A stretch of 64,000 nt of DNA from an uncultured Gammaproteobacteria bacterium (GTDB taxonomy: Bacteria > Patescibacteriota > Microgenomatia > UBA8517): contig CAZIPM010000004.1 in NCBI GenBank assembly GCA_964541395.1, forward strand, positions 1,188-65,187. The letters are read 5' to 3'. The notes under the pieces are model-generated. The model saw only the letters and a list, made by a program, of their open reading frames with translations, was not told where the DNA came from and made no database searches. The stretch's first letter is position 1. The number at the start of each line of letters is the position of its first letter. Positions 38,362 to 47,481 of the stretch are shown here, one piece after another. The translations under genes and the position numbers were made by a program.

Positions 38362-40632
38362 GGGAGCAGGTTCAACAATTTTAGGACAAACCTGAATCTT
38401 TTCTTCCAAATACCATTCATTCTTGCTGAAACATTCACTTTTTACCATCCTTTCAGGTATTTGCCATTCAACAGATGCGGTATTTGAAAGAAGCCCTCTC
38501 ATAATTTTGTTCCAGATTGGAGCTGCTCCGGTAACACCCGAAGCAATTCTGGCCATGGGGGAGTTATCATTGTTTCCAACCCAAACGGCCACCAGATAGT
38601 TTTGGTTAAAGCCGACTGTCAGATTGTCTCTGAGATCGTTACTGGTACCTGTTTTAACAGCTATCTCAGAATGGTTTGGTATAACCAACATGGAACTGCT
38701 GCCAAATGCCGGGGAACGGGCATGGTTGTCTTTCAAGACATCAATTAAAAGGTAAGCTACTCGGGAATCCAATACTTGTATTTTACTTATCTCAAACCTG
38801 TTTAAAGAATAGAGAATTTTAGATTTGTAATTTCTGACTTCAGTGATGGATCTTATTTGTGGTTTTACACCGTAATTGGCTATTGTTGCATAGACACGAG
38901 CCAGATCGAGAAGTTTAACTTCACCGCCTCCTAAAGTCAGTGACAATCCAAACCTACTTCTGTCACTCCAAGTTGTGATACCCATATTTTCTCCCAAATC
39001 AATCATTTTACCAACACCGTAAGAAGCCAAAATCTTGACAGCAGGAATATTTCTTGATTCCGCCAATGCAGATCTTAAAGTAATAGTACCTCTGTATTTA
39101 TTATCATAATTTTTTGGTGTGTAAGGTGGCGAACCCGGAGTATTAAATGTAATCGGTGTATCTTCAACAGTTGACGAAAGAGTTAATCCATTAGAAAGTG
39201 CATATGCATAATTTATTATTTTAATAGAACTTCCCGGTTGCCTGGGTCTTGTTGTTACATTGACATTACCGTCTTTTTCAAAATCAAAGTAATCATGACT
39301 TCCTGCCATAGCCAGAATTTCACCAGTTTTGGGGTTCATTACTACAACTGCTGCATTACCTACGTTTAACGATTTGAGTTTTACAATTTCATCGTCAATA
39401 GATTTCTCAACAAGCTGTTGTATTTGGTAATCGAGAGTGGTTTTGACACTTAGTCCGCCTTTTTGGACAACTTCCTCACCGTATGCTTCGACCAGCTGAT
39501 CTTTTGCATACATTACAAAATGGGGAGCAAGAATTTCAGTTTTATTAGGTGCAAAGGTAATTTTTTGGGAAATTGCTTCTTCTTCCTCTTCAGGGGTAAT
39601 GAATTTATTAACTCGCATGAGGTGAAGTATTTCTCTTTGTTTGGAGAATGCAAGTTCAGGGTGAGACCCAAACGGAGAATATTTGGACGGGCTTTGGGGA
39701 AGACCTGCCAAAAGGGCAGCTTCGGCAAGACTTATATCTTCAATATTTTTGCCAAAATAAACCAAAGATGCTTGGCCGACTCCGTAATTAGTACCTCCGA
39801 AGCTAACTTCATTCAAATACATTTCCAGAATTTCATCTTTTGAAAAATAATTTTCAACCTGAAAAGACAAAACAATTTCTCTGGCTTTTCTGATGAAAGT
39901 TTTTTCAGAAGAAAGAAGTGCGTTTTTAACCAGCTGTTGAGTAATAGTAGATCCACCTTGCAGTTTGCCCTCACTGATGTTTTTGGATAATGCTCTTGTC
40001 ATGCCACGGAAAGAAATTCCTGGGTGGTTATAAAACTCCGCATCTTCAGCTGCTAATGTTGCCAGTCTGACATAGCTTGGCACTTGGGAAAGTTCCACCG
40101 GGGTTCTATTTTTATCTTTGTAAATTGTATAAAGTAATATTCCGTTTCTGTCATAAATTTTAGTGGAGACTTCCTGCTGACGGGTAATAAGATTCTGTGG
40201 GGAGGGGAGATCTTTTAAAATATAAACCCAGGTAAAAAGGGAAGCAAAAAACAAAAACAGAACAGGAAATAAAAATCTTTTCCTAACTCTAATTCTTGGA
40301 AGTCTGATGTTCACCTTTGGTAAATTGATGTTGGGAAGTTGCAATTGAGGTAGGGTTATTACGGGAAATTTAAATGAAGGAAGTTTAAACCCTTTAATTT
40401 TTGGAATTATTACTCCATCAAGGAATTTCAATATTTCAAAAACAGTATGTCCTACAAGATAAAGAAGAAAGAGAAGAGTGATTAATATTTTTGAAAGAAG
40501 AAAATAAACAGGACGACCGATAAACGCAAGGATATAACCTAAAATTAGGAATAATGAGACTTTATATTTTGGGGCAGTTTTTTCATAATGTTTATATATC
40601 CGCTTGGTGGCGGATATTTTTCTCCGAGCCAC
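38251..40632 (-). CDS. class A penicillin-binding protein
   Basis: AEDAEFY.H, GGSTITQQLVKN, SSIK, SRN, KTGT. Confidence 0.95.
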   Translation of the reverse strand: MARRKISATKRIYKHYEKTAPKYKVSLFLILGYILAFIGRPVYFLLSKILITLLFLLYLVGHTVFEILKFLDGVIIPKIKGFKLPSFKFPVITLPQLQLPNINLPKVNIRLPRIRVRKRFLFPVLFLFFASLFTWVYILKDLPSPQNLITRQQEVSTKIYDRNGILLYTIYKDKNRTPVELSQVPSYVRLATLAAEDAEFYNHPGISFRGMTRALSKNISEGKLQGGSTITQQLVKNALLSSEKTFIRKAREIVLSFQVENYFSKDEILEMYLNEVSFGGTNYGVGQASLVYFGKNIEDISLAEAALLAGLPQSPSKYSPFGSHPELAFSKQREILHLMRVNKFITPEEEEEAISQKITFAPNKTEILAPHFVMYAKDQLVEAYGEEVVQKGGLSVKTTLDYQIQQLVEKSIDDEIVKLKSLNVGNAAVVVMNPKTGEILAMAGSHDYFDFEKDGNVNVTTRPRQPGSSIKIINYAYALSNGLTLSSTVEDTPITFNTPGSPPYTPKNYDNKYRGTITLRSALAESRNIPAVKILASYGVGKMIDLGENMGITTWSDRSRFGLSLTLGGGEVKLLDLARVYATIANYGVKPQIRSITEVRNYKSKILYSLNRFEISKIQVLDSRVAYLLIDVLKDNHARSPAFGSSSMLVIPNHSEIAVKTGTSNDLRDNLTVGFNQNYLVAVWVGNNDNSPMARIASGVTGAAPIWNKIMRGLLSNTASVEWQIPERMVKSECFSKNEWYLEEKIQVCPKIVEPAPSTTGVPQPHVFIQEIERQKKKRSGKSGQQISSTVRN

Positions 40633-40674
40633 GACATAATTCTAACATTATAGTGTGAGAGTGAAAAGAAGATA

Positions 40675-40908
40675 TTAACCTATCGGACGGGGAGAAAATT
40701 CTCTGGGTTTAAGACACTTGTCGAAATCTTTTACAGTTTCTCCTCCTTCACTGCAAGACCGGACAACTTTAAATGTCCATGAATCTTCGAGAGATTGACC
40801 GGAATCAACCATAAATCCGTTTTCTGTAGTTAAGGTCGCCATTTCCCTCTGGTTGTGTTGAGTTACATCAGTACCCAATAAACAAATACTACATCTTTTG
40901 TTTGTCAT
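40675..40908 (-). CDS. small Cys-containing hypothetical protein
   Basis: 77 aa, four Cys; -10-like hexamer a few nt before ATG. Confidence 0.55.
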   Translation of the reverse strand: MTNKRCSICLLGTDVTQHNQREMATLTTENGFMVDSGQSLEDSWTFKVVRSCSEGGETVKDFDKCLKPREFSPRPIG

Positions 40909-40945
40909 GCCGCGTATTATACAAAATTATACTTGTAGATTCAAC

Positions 40946-43204
40946 TTAATTTACTCTCAAAGGATACTTTAATGTTGCAGAACTGGAGGATACAGGACAG
41001 GTTAAACAATATGTTGCTCCTGTTGGGTCCGTATAAAATGTCTTGTTTTGCGCCTCTACCTGTTCTGGTAAAGCTTCTTCGTTTGCTACTTGGCCAGTAT
41101 CTTTGAATATAAACACATCTTTATTACTAACATTGTTTGTTTTTGGAACAGTTCCAGACATAAAGTATTCAAATCTGGTGGGACAACCAGGATTTCCCGG
41201 ATCTGATGATAGAACAGCACCGCCTGTGTCCGAACAAATTGTGGCACCAATTACATCTTCAGGTTGTAATGGCCAAGCATGACCATCATCATCAGGGTCG
41301 TACGTCCCTTTTTCTGCTTTATCCAAAACTTCTTTTATTATTTTATTCCAGATTGGGGAAGCCCCGGAAACTCCTGACACTGCACCACTCATAGGGGAGT
41401 TGTCATTATTTCCTACCCAAACTACGGCAACCGCGTATTTGGTATAACCGATTGTCCAGTTATCACGTCTGTCATTGGTAGTTCCTGTTTTTACGGATGC
41501 TTCGGGATGTCCTTTGACATTTAAAAATGAAGAAGACCCAAAAGCCTGTGATCTGGCATTGTTGTCATGAAGGATATGAGAAATCAAAAAGCTAACATTT
41601 GTATCTAGAACTCTTTCTCCGGAAAGTTTTAATTCTTTAATATCTACTTCTTCCAAAACTTTACCTTTCCAGTTTTCAACTTTGGTAACGGCAATTAGCG
41701 GTTGTTTTATTCCTTCATTGGCAAAGACACCAAACGCCTGAGCCATGTCATAAGGTTTGACTTCGCCGCCCCCTAAAGTTAAAGAAAGACCATAACGATC
41801 AGGATCCTTGAAAGTAGTCAGTCCCATATCTTTTGCAAAATCGACAAAATTAGTAATGCTATTAACAGCTAATACTTTTACCGCTGGGATATTGTATGAA
41901 TTTCCCAGTGCAAATCTGGTTTGGACCAGCCCGTGATAACCGCCGTCATAATTGACCGGGCAATAGGGTTTTTGACCGATAACGGAAAAACAGGTCGGAA
42001 CATCAATAAAAGTAGTTGCTGCAGTAATCTTTTTATCTTTTAGAGCTAATGCATAATTAAGCGGTTTAATAGATGAACCCGGTTGTCTCTCTCTGAAAAT
42101 AATATTTACTTTACCGTCTTCATCATTGGCAAAATAATCTTTACTTCCGACCATGGCCAGGATTTCTCCGGTTGAAGGATGTGTTATTACGGCTGCGCCG
42201 TTGCCAACATTCTGTTTTACCAGTTTGCCAACTTCGGTAGCTACTGCTTCCTGTGCAAAATTTTGTAGATCCAGATCCAGTGTGGTTGTAACCCTTAGGC
42301 CTCCTTGTTCAACAATTTTTTCTCCGTATTTTTCAACCAGTTGATCTTTGATCCATAATGCAAAATGGGGAGCAGCAGGTGCTTTAATCTCGGCATAGAT
42401 TAACTCTTCTTCTAATGCTTTGTTTTTTTCTTCTTCATTTATATATCCTGCTTTGATCATTTGTGAAAGTACTTCTTTTTGTCTTTCTTTTGCCAGTTCA
42501 GGATGCGCTCCGAATGGAGAATATCGGGTTGGACTTTGGGGTAGACCTGCAATAAGAGCAGCCTGTGCCAGAGTTAAATCTTTAGCCGGTTTACCGAAAT
42601 AAAGTTCAGATGCACTTTCAATTCCGTAAGCTGTTGAACCGTAAGGAATTTGATTTAAGTAAAGCTCTAGTATTTGGTGTTTACTGTAAATACCTTCAAC
42701 AACTACGGTCAAAAAAAATTCTCTAACCTTTCTTCTAATTGTTCTTTCGGGAGTTAACAGGGAATTTTTAACTAATTGTTGTGTTAGGGTAGAACCACCT
42801 TCCAATTTCCCGCGGGTGACTATTTTCCAAGCTGCCCGGGCAATACCTGTAAATGAAAAACCATAGTGTTTGTAAAATTCCTTATCCTCTATTGCTATAG
42901 TTGCATTTTTAACATAGTCAGGCAGGTCATCAAGTTTAACAGGAGAACTTCTTTTATCTGCATAAATTTCGTAAATCAATTTACCGTTTCTGTCTAAAAG
43001 CTTTGTCGAGACAGGTATATCAGTAGAATATAGTTTGGTAGGAAGGGGGATTCCCCAAAAAAGCCAAAATGAAAATGAGATTAAGACCGTAAAAAAAATA
43101 ACTTTTTTTCTGTTTTTTTCCACTGCAAAGAAATTTTTAACTTTTGTAAGATATCCTTCCTTGGTAATATTAGGGCTGATTTTGTTGATTCTTATCATTA
43201 TCAA
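40946..43204 (-). CDS. class A penicillin-binding protein
   Basis: IEDKEFYKH, GGSTLTQQLVKN, SSIK, SYN, KTGT. Confidence 0.95.
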   Translation of the reverse strand: MIMIRINKISPNITKEGYLTKVKNFFAVEKNRKKVIFFTVLISFSFWLFWGIPLPTKLYSTDIPVSTKLLDRNGKLIYEIYADKRSSPVKLDDLPDYVKNATIAIEDKEFYKHYGFSFTGIARAAWKIVTRGKLEGGSTLTQQLVKNSLLTPERTIRRKVREFFLTVVVEGIYSKHQILELYLNQIPYGSTAYGIESASELYFGKPAKDLTLAQAALIAGLPQSPTRYSPFGAHPELAKERQKEVLSQMIKAGYINEEEKNKALEEELIYAEIKAPAAPHFALWIKDQLVEKYGEKIVEQGGLRVTTTLDLDLQNFAQEAVATEVGKLVKQNVGNGAAVITHPSTGEILAMVGSKDYFANDEDGKVNIIFRERQPGSSIKPLNYALALKDKKITAATTFIDVPTCFSVIGQKPYCPVNYDGGYHGLVQTRFALGNSYNIPAVKVLAVNSITNFVDFAKDMGLTTFKDPDRYGLSLTLGGGEVKPYDMAQAFGVFANEGIKQPLIAVTKVENWKGKVLEEVDIKELKLSGERVLDTNVSFLISHILHDNNARSQAFGSSSFLNVKGHPEASVKTGTTNDRRDNWTIGYTKYAVAVVWVGNNDNSPMSGAVSGVSGASPIWNKIIKEVLDKAEKGTYDPDDDGHAWPLQPEDVIGATICSDTGGAVLSSDPGNPGCPTRFEYFMSGTVPKTNNVSNKDVFIFKDTGQVANEEALPEQVEAQNKTFYTDPTGATYCLTCPVSSSSATLKYPLRVN

Positions 43205-43246
43205 GTAAAAAATGATTATTAAGTCTCTATATTGTATACTACAGGC

Positions 43247-43501
43247 ATGAAACTTGGAAATTTTAAAAGTGCTGAAGAAGCAGCTGAAGCACTAATGGGT
43301 GTAACTAATGGACATCAACACGCTTTAGGTTCAATACTGGAACTCGCTTCTTTAGAAGAAATGGACCTTAAAAAAGCAATTGATTTTGTCAAAGAACGTG
43401 GAGTACCTTCTGATAAAACAGAAATAATTGGTTGGTGGCGTGAAAATATGAACAAAATCCGAGGCCAGGTGATAATGAAGGGTGGAGAGTTTGGAGAGTA
43501 A
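43247..43501 (+). CDS. small hypothetical protein (start revised to 43247)
   Basis: TATACT 6 nt before ATG 43247. Confidence 0.55.
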   Translation: MKLGNFKSAEEAAEALMGVTNGHQHALGSILELASLEEMDLKKAIDFVKERGVPSDKTEIIGWWRENMNKIRGQVIMKGGEFGE

Positions 43502-44033
43502 AGTGTATTATGTGTTTCAGATCATGGAATTTAATCTAGAAAAAAGAAATTGGTGGGGATATGTAGAAGAAGATCTGCAAAAACTTCTTGAATCTTCAGT
43601 TTTTCTACTCAATGTATCCAGAAGTTGGGGAGCAGACTTACCTAATGGTAGAAAGGCTTTTCATGATTATTCATTCTGTGTTTTTCCAGCAGCCAAAGCC
43701 TATGAAGGATTTTTGAAAAAGATGTTTTTTGATATGAAATTCATAACAGAAGCAGAATATTACGGTAAACATTTCAGAATCGGTAAAGCATTAAATCCGT
43801 TTCTGGAGAAAAAATACAGAAGAGAGAGTGTCTATGACAGAGTGGTAAATTATTGTGGTGGAAAAGAGCTCGCAGATATTTTATGGGAAGCATGGAAGAA
43901 TGGCAGGAATTTAGTTTTCCATTGGTTTCCGGAAGAAAAAAAAGTAATATCTTTTGAAGAAGCTGGAAAGTTAATAGAACAGATCCTGTCTGCAATGGAC
44001 AAAATGTCTACTGAGTGTAAAATAAAATTGTAG
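43482..44033 (+). CDS. RnlA/LsoA-like HEPN domain protein
   Basis: DYSFCVFPAAKAYEGFLK and RNLVFH (Rx4H). Confidence 0.7.
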   Translation: MESLESKVYYVFQIMEFNLEKRNWWGYVEEDLQKLLESSVFLLNVSRSWGADLPNGRKAFHDYSFCVFPAAKAYEGFLKKMFFDMKFITEAEYYGKHFRIGKALNPFLEKKYRRESVYDRVVNYCGGKELADILWEAWKNGRNLVFHWFPEEKKVISFEEAGKLIEQILSAMDKMSTECKIKL

Positions 44034-44059
44034 CCGATAAAACCGTAACCAATAGTAAT

Positions 44060-44725
44060 ATGACTAAACCAGACGAAACTTCAAAAATTAAATCGCTTAA
44101 ATATGCGGTAAGTTTGGCTGCATATCTATTAATAGTTTGGGGATTCTATAGATTTCTGTTTCAACTACCCGAAAATGTCGAAGAAATTGTAATAAAACCC
44201 ATTATCTGGCTTATTCCTGTATTGTACCTGTTAAGAAAGGAAAGAGCCGGGCTGGAAAGTATTGGAGTAACTTTAAAAAATATTTTTCCTGCAGTTTATT
44301 TTGCGTTAGGGCTTGGAGTGTTTTTTGTCATAGAAGCGTTATTTATCAACTATATCAAATACGGTGGCAGTTTTAATTTTGGAGCGAATATAGGCAGTCT
44401 TCCTATCCTTACATCTTTTGGTCTGTCCTTTGCTACAGCATTTTCTGAAGAACTGACGTTCAGGGGATATATTCTAAGCCGTTTCTGGAATGCATTGAAA
44501 AATCCCTGGCATGCAATTATCGTAACCAGTTTATTGTGGGCTTTGGTACATGTACCAATCACTTTCTTTGTCTGGAAACTGGACCTGACATCAGCAATTA
44601 CATATCTGTTTTTAACTTTTATTTTTGGATTGGGATCTTCATTTGTTTATACCAAGACCAAGAATGTATTTTCTTCAATTTTACTTCACGTACTTTGGCA
44701 GTGGCCGATAATTTTATTTAGGTAA
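44060..44725 (+). CDS. CPBP (CAAX) intramembrane metalloprotease
   Basis: EELTFRG, WALVH, ILLH. Confidence 0.92.
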   Translation: MTKPDETSKIKSLKYAVSLAAYLLIVWGFYRFLFQLPENVEEIVIKPIIWLIPVLYLLRKERAGLESIGVTLKNIFPAVYFALGLGVFFVIEALFINYIKYGGSFNFGANIGSLPILTSFGLSFATAFSEELTFRGYILSRFWNALKNPWHAIIVTSLLWALVHVPITFFVWKLDLTSAITYLFLTFIFGLGSSFVYTKTKNVFSSILLHVLWQWPIILFR

Positions 44726-44896
44726 TACTTTGTTGATACAAATATATTTTTACTGCACTTAGACTTGAAGATAAACATTTATTGTTTTAAACCACAGTAT
44801 TTTAAGAAGGCGAAATAATAGTTATGTCCAATGATAAAGAATTTGACAAGCTAGGCCTTAGTATACCAACTTCGAACAATCTGGCACAAAATTGCC

Positions 44897-45589
44897 TCAG
44901 AAAACAACAACTTCCTGCAGTTTTGCTCCATACATCTTTCCGTCTAGGGGGTCGATTCTTCCTAATTGAGGCTCTATCGAAACAATTCCTTCCAGCTTTC
45001 TATCTTTAAACACTTCGTTTAGTAGCAACCTGTCTTCCATAGGAGTTTTATCTACCGTTTGGTGCTCAGGAACTTGAAAAATTGAGTGACCGACATCTTT
45101 ATAGGGGTCAAGCATCTCCAGATTATTTTTATCTATTAAGTTTATTGCAAAGCTATATAAGTCGCCTACACTTTTTGCTTTGGTTTTAGCAAATACGGCA
45201 GTTTCCTTCACAATATCTCTAACGCCTTCTATAAGACTTTCATAGAATTCGTTATCTCCAATAACCACAGTGTCACACCAGTTGCTCCAAACAGTTCCTT
45301 TCATTGGGGTAGAGTCCACGAAAATAATATCATTTTCTCCGACCTTTACTTTGTCTGAGGGTAAATGAACCCTCCTGGTAATGGGTTTTGAAGTTGTTTC
45401 TCCTGAATAGATTAGGATTGGATACCAATGTTCAGAAAAACCAAAATCTGATAGTAAGGAGTAATATTTATCAGCGATTTCTTTTTCGGTTAGCCCTGGT
45501 GAAATCCATTTAGTGAGCGTGTTTGTAGCCTCGACTGTAAGTTTTTGCAACTCGTCGAATTGTTTTAGGTATTCCTCACGAGACAACAT
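44897..45589 (-). CDS. M24-family metallopeptidase
   Basis: PGLTE.EI, GHSI, SIEP, QE. Confidence 0.8.
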   Translation of the reverse strand: MLSREEYLKQFDELQKLTVEATNTLTKWISPGLTEKEIADKYYSLLSDFGFSEHWYPILIYSGETTSKPITRRVHLPSDKVKVGENDIIFVDSTPMKGTVWSNWCDTVVIGDNEFYESLIEGVRDIVKETAVFAKTKAKSVGDLYSFAINLIDKNNLEMLDPYKDVGHSIFQVPEHQTVDKTPMEDRLLLNEVFKDRKLEGIVSIEPQLGRIDPLDGKMYGAKLQEVVVF

Positions 45590-45680
45590 TAAATGATGTT
45601 AGCACTTGGAGGCAATAAATGCAGGCATAAAAAGAAAAGAACCGGTTGACGTAGTTTAATCATTTAGAGCAATTTGACTT

Positions 45681-45995
45681 TTGCAGAAAGAGAGAGTAAT
45701 ACTGACTTTAATGATTGATGTTCCAAAAAATATTGATTTCGAAATAGCAGAAGATGAAAATGGATTTATTTATGAACATAAGTTTCCCGATTCTTTTGCA
45801 ACTTATGAGTTTCTAGATACCACTTCAGAAAATCAAGATGGTGTAGTTCATTCAATTCATAATGCTAGAAAAACATCTAGGCTTTCTGGACAATCCGGAA
45901 AAATACAATTTCGATCCGAAAGTGATCCAATTGGAAGTGATAAATTCACAGGTAAAGCAGTTTCATATGGCGAATCTTCAACCCAAAAACTTTAA
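45681..45995 (+). CDS. hypothetical protein
   Basis: 104-aa ORF. Confidence 0.45.
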   Translation: MQKERVILTLMIDVPKNIDFEIAEDENGFIYEHKFPDSFATYEFLDTTSENQDGVVHSIHNARKTSRLSGQSGKIQFRSESDPIGSDKFTGKAVSYGESSTQKL

Positions 45996-46106
45996 AGGAA
46001 TTTAGAGGAATATACAGAGTTAGTCTTATTTTGAAAATATCCCTATTTAATTTCCCCTAAAATCCTATAAATTTTTTGCATCATTTGACAGACCAGCGTA
46101 CAATAG

Positions 46107-46742
46107 ATGATACCCATGCGGAAGCGATTTGCGGGTATTTTAACTTCATTACTAATGGCAATTGCCATATTTACGGTATCAATTATTAGAGGGGTTATGC
46201 CAAATTATGCATTTTCTCCACAGGTTCTATCGGACACAGTTGATACTCCAAGTACGATTAATATTGCCTATGATTTAATTTACCCGGGAAAGATATTGCC
46301 TGACCATCCTCTTTGGTATGTAAAAGCAATTCGGGATAAGATTGTACACTCATTAACTTTTAATCACATGTCTCGGGCAAAATTGGCACTTAAGTGTGCA
46401 GATAAAAGATTGCAAATGGCTCAGGAAATGTTTAAAAAAGGGAAACCGGATTTGGGAGTGGCAACATTGGAGAGAGCGGAACAGTATTTAGCAGAATCGG
46501 TAGATCATGCCAAGGAGGCAGAAAGTAGTGAAGAAAGTAAAGAATTTTTACGTACAGCCTCTCTGGCTGCTTTAAAGCATAGGGAAATTATTGAAGAAAA
46601 TATTCTCCCCCTTTCTCCTGAAGACCTCAAACCAATGATAGTAAAAACGGAAGATCTCTCCAAAATAAGCTACACAAAAACCCGAGACACCCTTCATTCT
46701 TACGGGATAACATCTCCAACTAATCCCTTCGAGTTGGATTAA
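46107..46742 (+). CDS. DUF5667-like protein
   Basis: GKILPDHPLWYVK..RD...ADKRL. Confidence 0.8.
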   Translation: MIPMRKRFAGILTSLLMAIAIFTVSIIRGVMPNYAFSPQVLSDTVDTPSTINIAYDLIYPGKILPDHPLWYVKAIRDKIVHSLTFNHMSRAKLALKCADKRLQMAQEMFKKGKPDLGVATLERAEQYLAESVDHAKEAESSEESKEFLRTASLAALKHREIIEENILPLSPEDLKPMIVKTEDLSKISYTKTRDTLHSYGITSPTNPFELD

Positions 46743-46883
46743 TTTAGGAGTTTAGTTATCTTTTTTTAGACAGGGGAATATCCAGCTTTTAATAAAATTT
46801 CCTCACAATTTCCTCAAGTAGTTTTTTCCAAGCTTGATTTACGCTTAACATGATATGATTCGTATCAAAAGTTGATAGTTGAC

Positions 46884-46931
46884 GCACCACTTCTAGTGTT
46901 AGATTATCTGTTACGTCACTAGTTGTAGTGT
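46884..46931 (+). promoter_or_regulatory. tandem NrdR boxes
   Basis: GCACCACTTCTAGTGT (46884) and TCACTAGTTGTAGTGT (46916), 32 bp apart, fit acaCwAtATaTwGtgt. Confidence 0.85.
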
Positions 46932-46976
46932 TTTTATGTTTCACAAGTGAAAAGATTTTTTGATTGAAATATTAAT

Positions 46977-47423
46977 ATGAATTGTCCTTTTTGTAACACA
47001 GCAGAAACTCAGGTTTTGGAGTCCAGAATTATTAATGAAGGGCAAGGAATAAGAAGAAGAAGAGAGTGTGGTAAATGTGGTAAACGCTTTACAACACATG
47101 AAGAAGTTAAAAAGTCGGTACTTTGGATAATCAAAAAAGATGGGAGGCGGGAACCCTTTGATAGAGAAAAGATTAAAAGGGGACTTTTAAGATCAATAGA
47201 AAAGAGACCTGTATCTTTAGATCTGGTAGAAGAAACGGTAAATGAAGTAGAGAGAGAACTATTAAAAGCACTTAAAGAGGAAGTACCAAGTAGAGTTGTA
47301 GGGAATGCAGTTTTAAAGAGACTGAAAAAGATTGACAAAGTAGCCTGGTTAAGATTTGCCAGCGTCTATTTGCAGTTTGAGGATTTGGAAGATTTTGAGA
47401 AATTAATAAACAGAAACTTATAA
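46977..47423 (+). CDS. nrdR: transcriptional repressor NrdR
   Basis: MNCPFC...RRRRECGKC..RFTT.E, ATP cone, RFASVY. Confidence 0.97.
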   Translation: MNCPFCNTAETQVLESRIINEGQGIRRRRECGKCGKRFTTHEEVKKSVLWIIKKDGRREPFDREKIKRGLLRSIEKRPVSLDLVEETVNEVERELLKALKEEVPSRVVGNAVLKRLKKIDKVAWLRFASVYLQFEDLEDFEKLINRNL

Positions 47424-47481
47424 ACAGAAACGTATGAATATTAATAAATATTTAATGAAAATTATGTTATAACCAACAAAT

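Noticed and set aside
44824-45009. 61-aa ORF and nearby TTCGAAC
   Set aside because: Overlaps the M24 gene antisense; no tRNA structure
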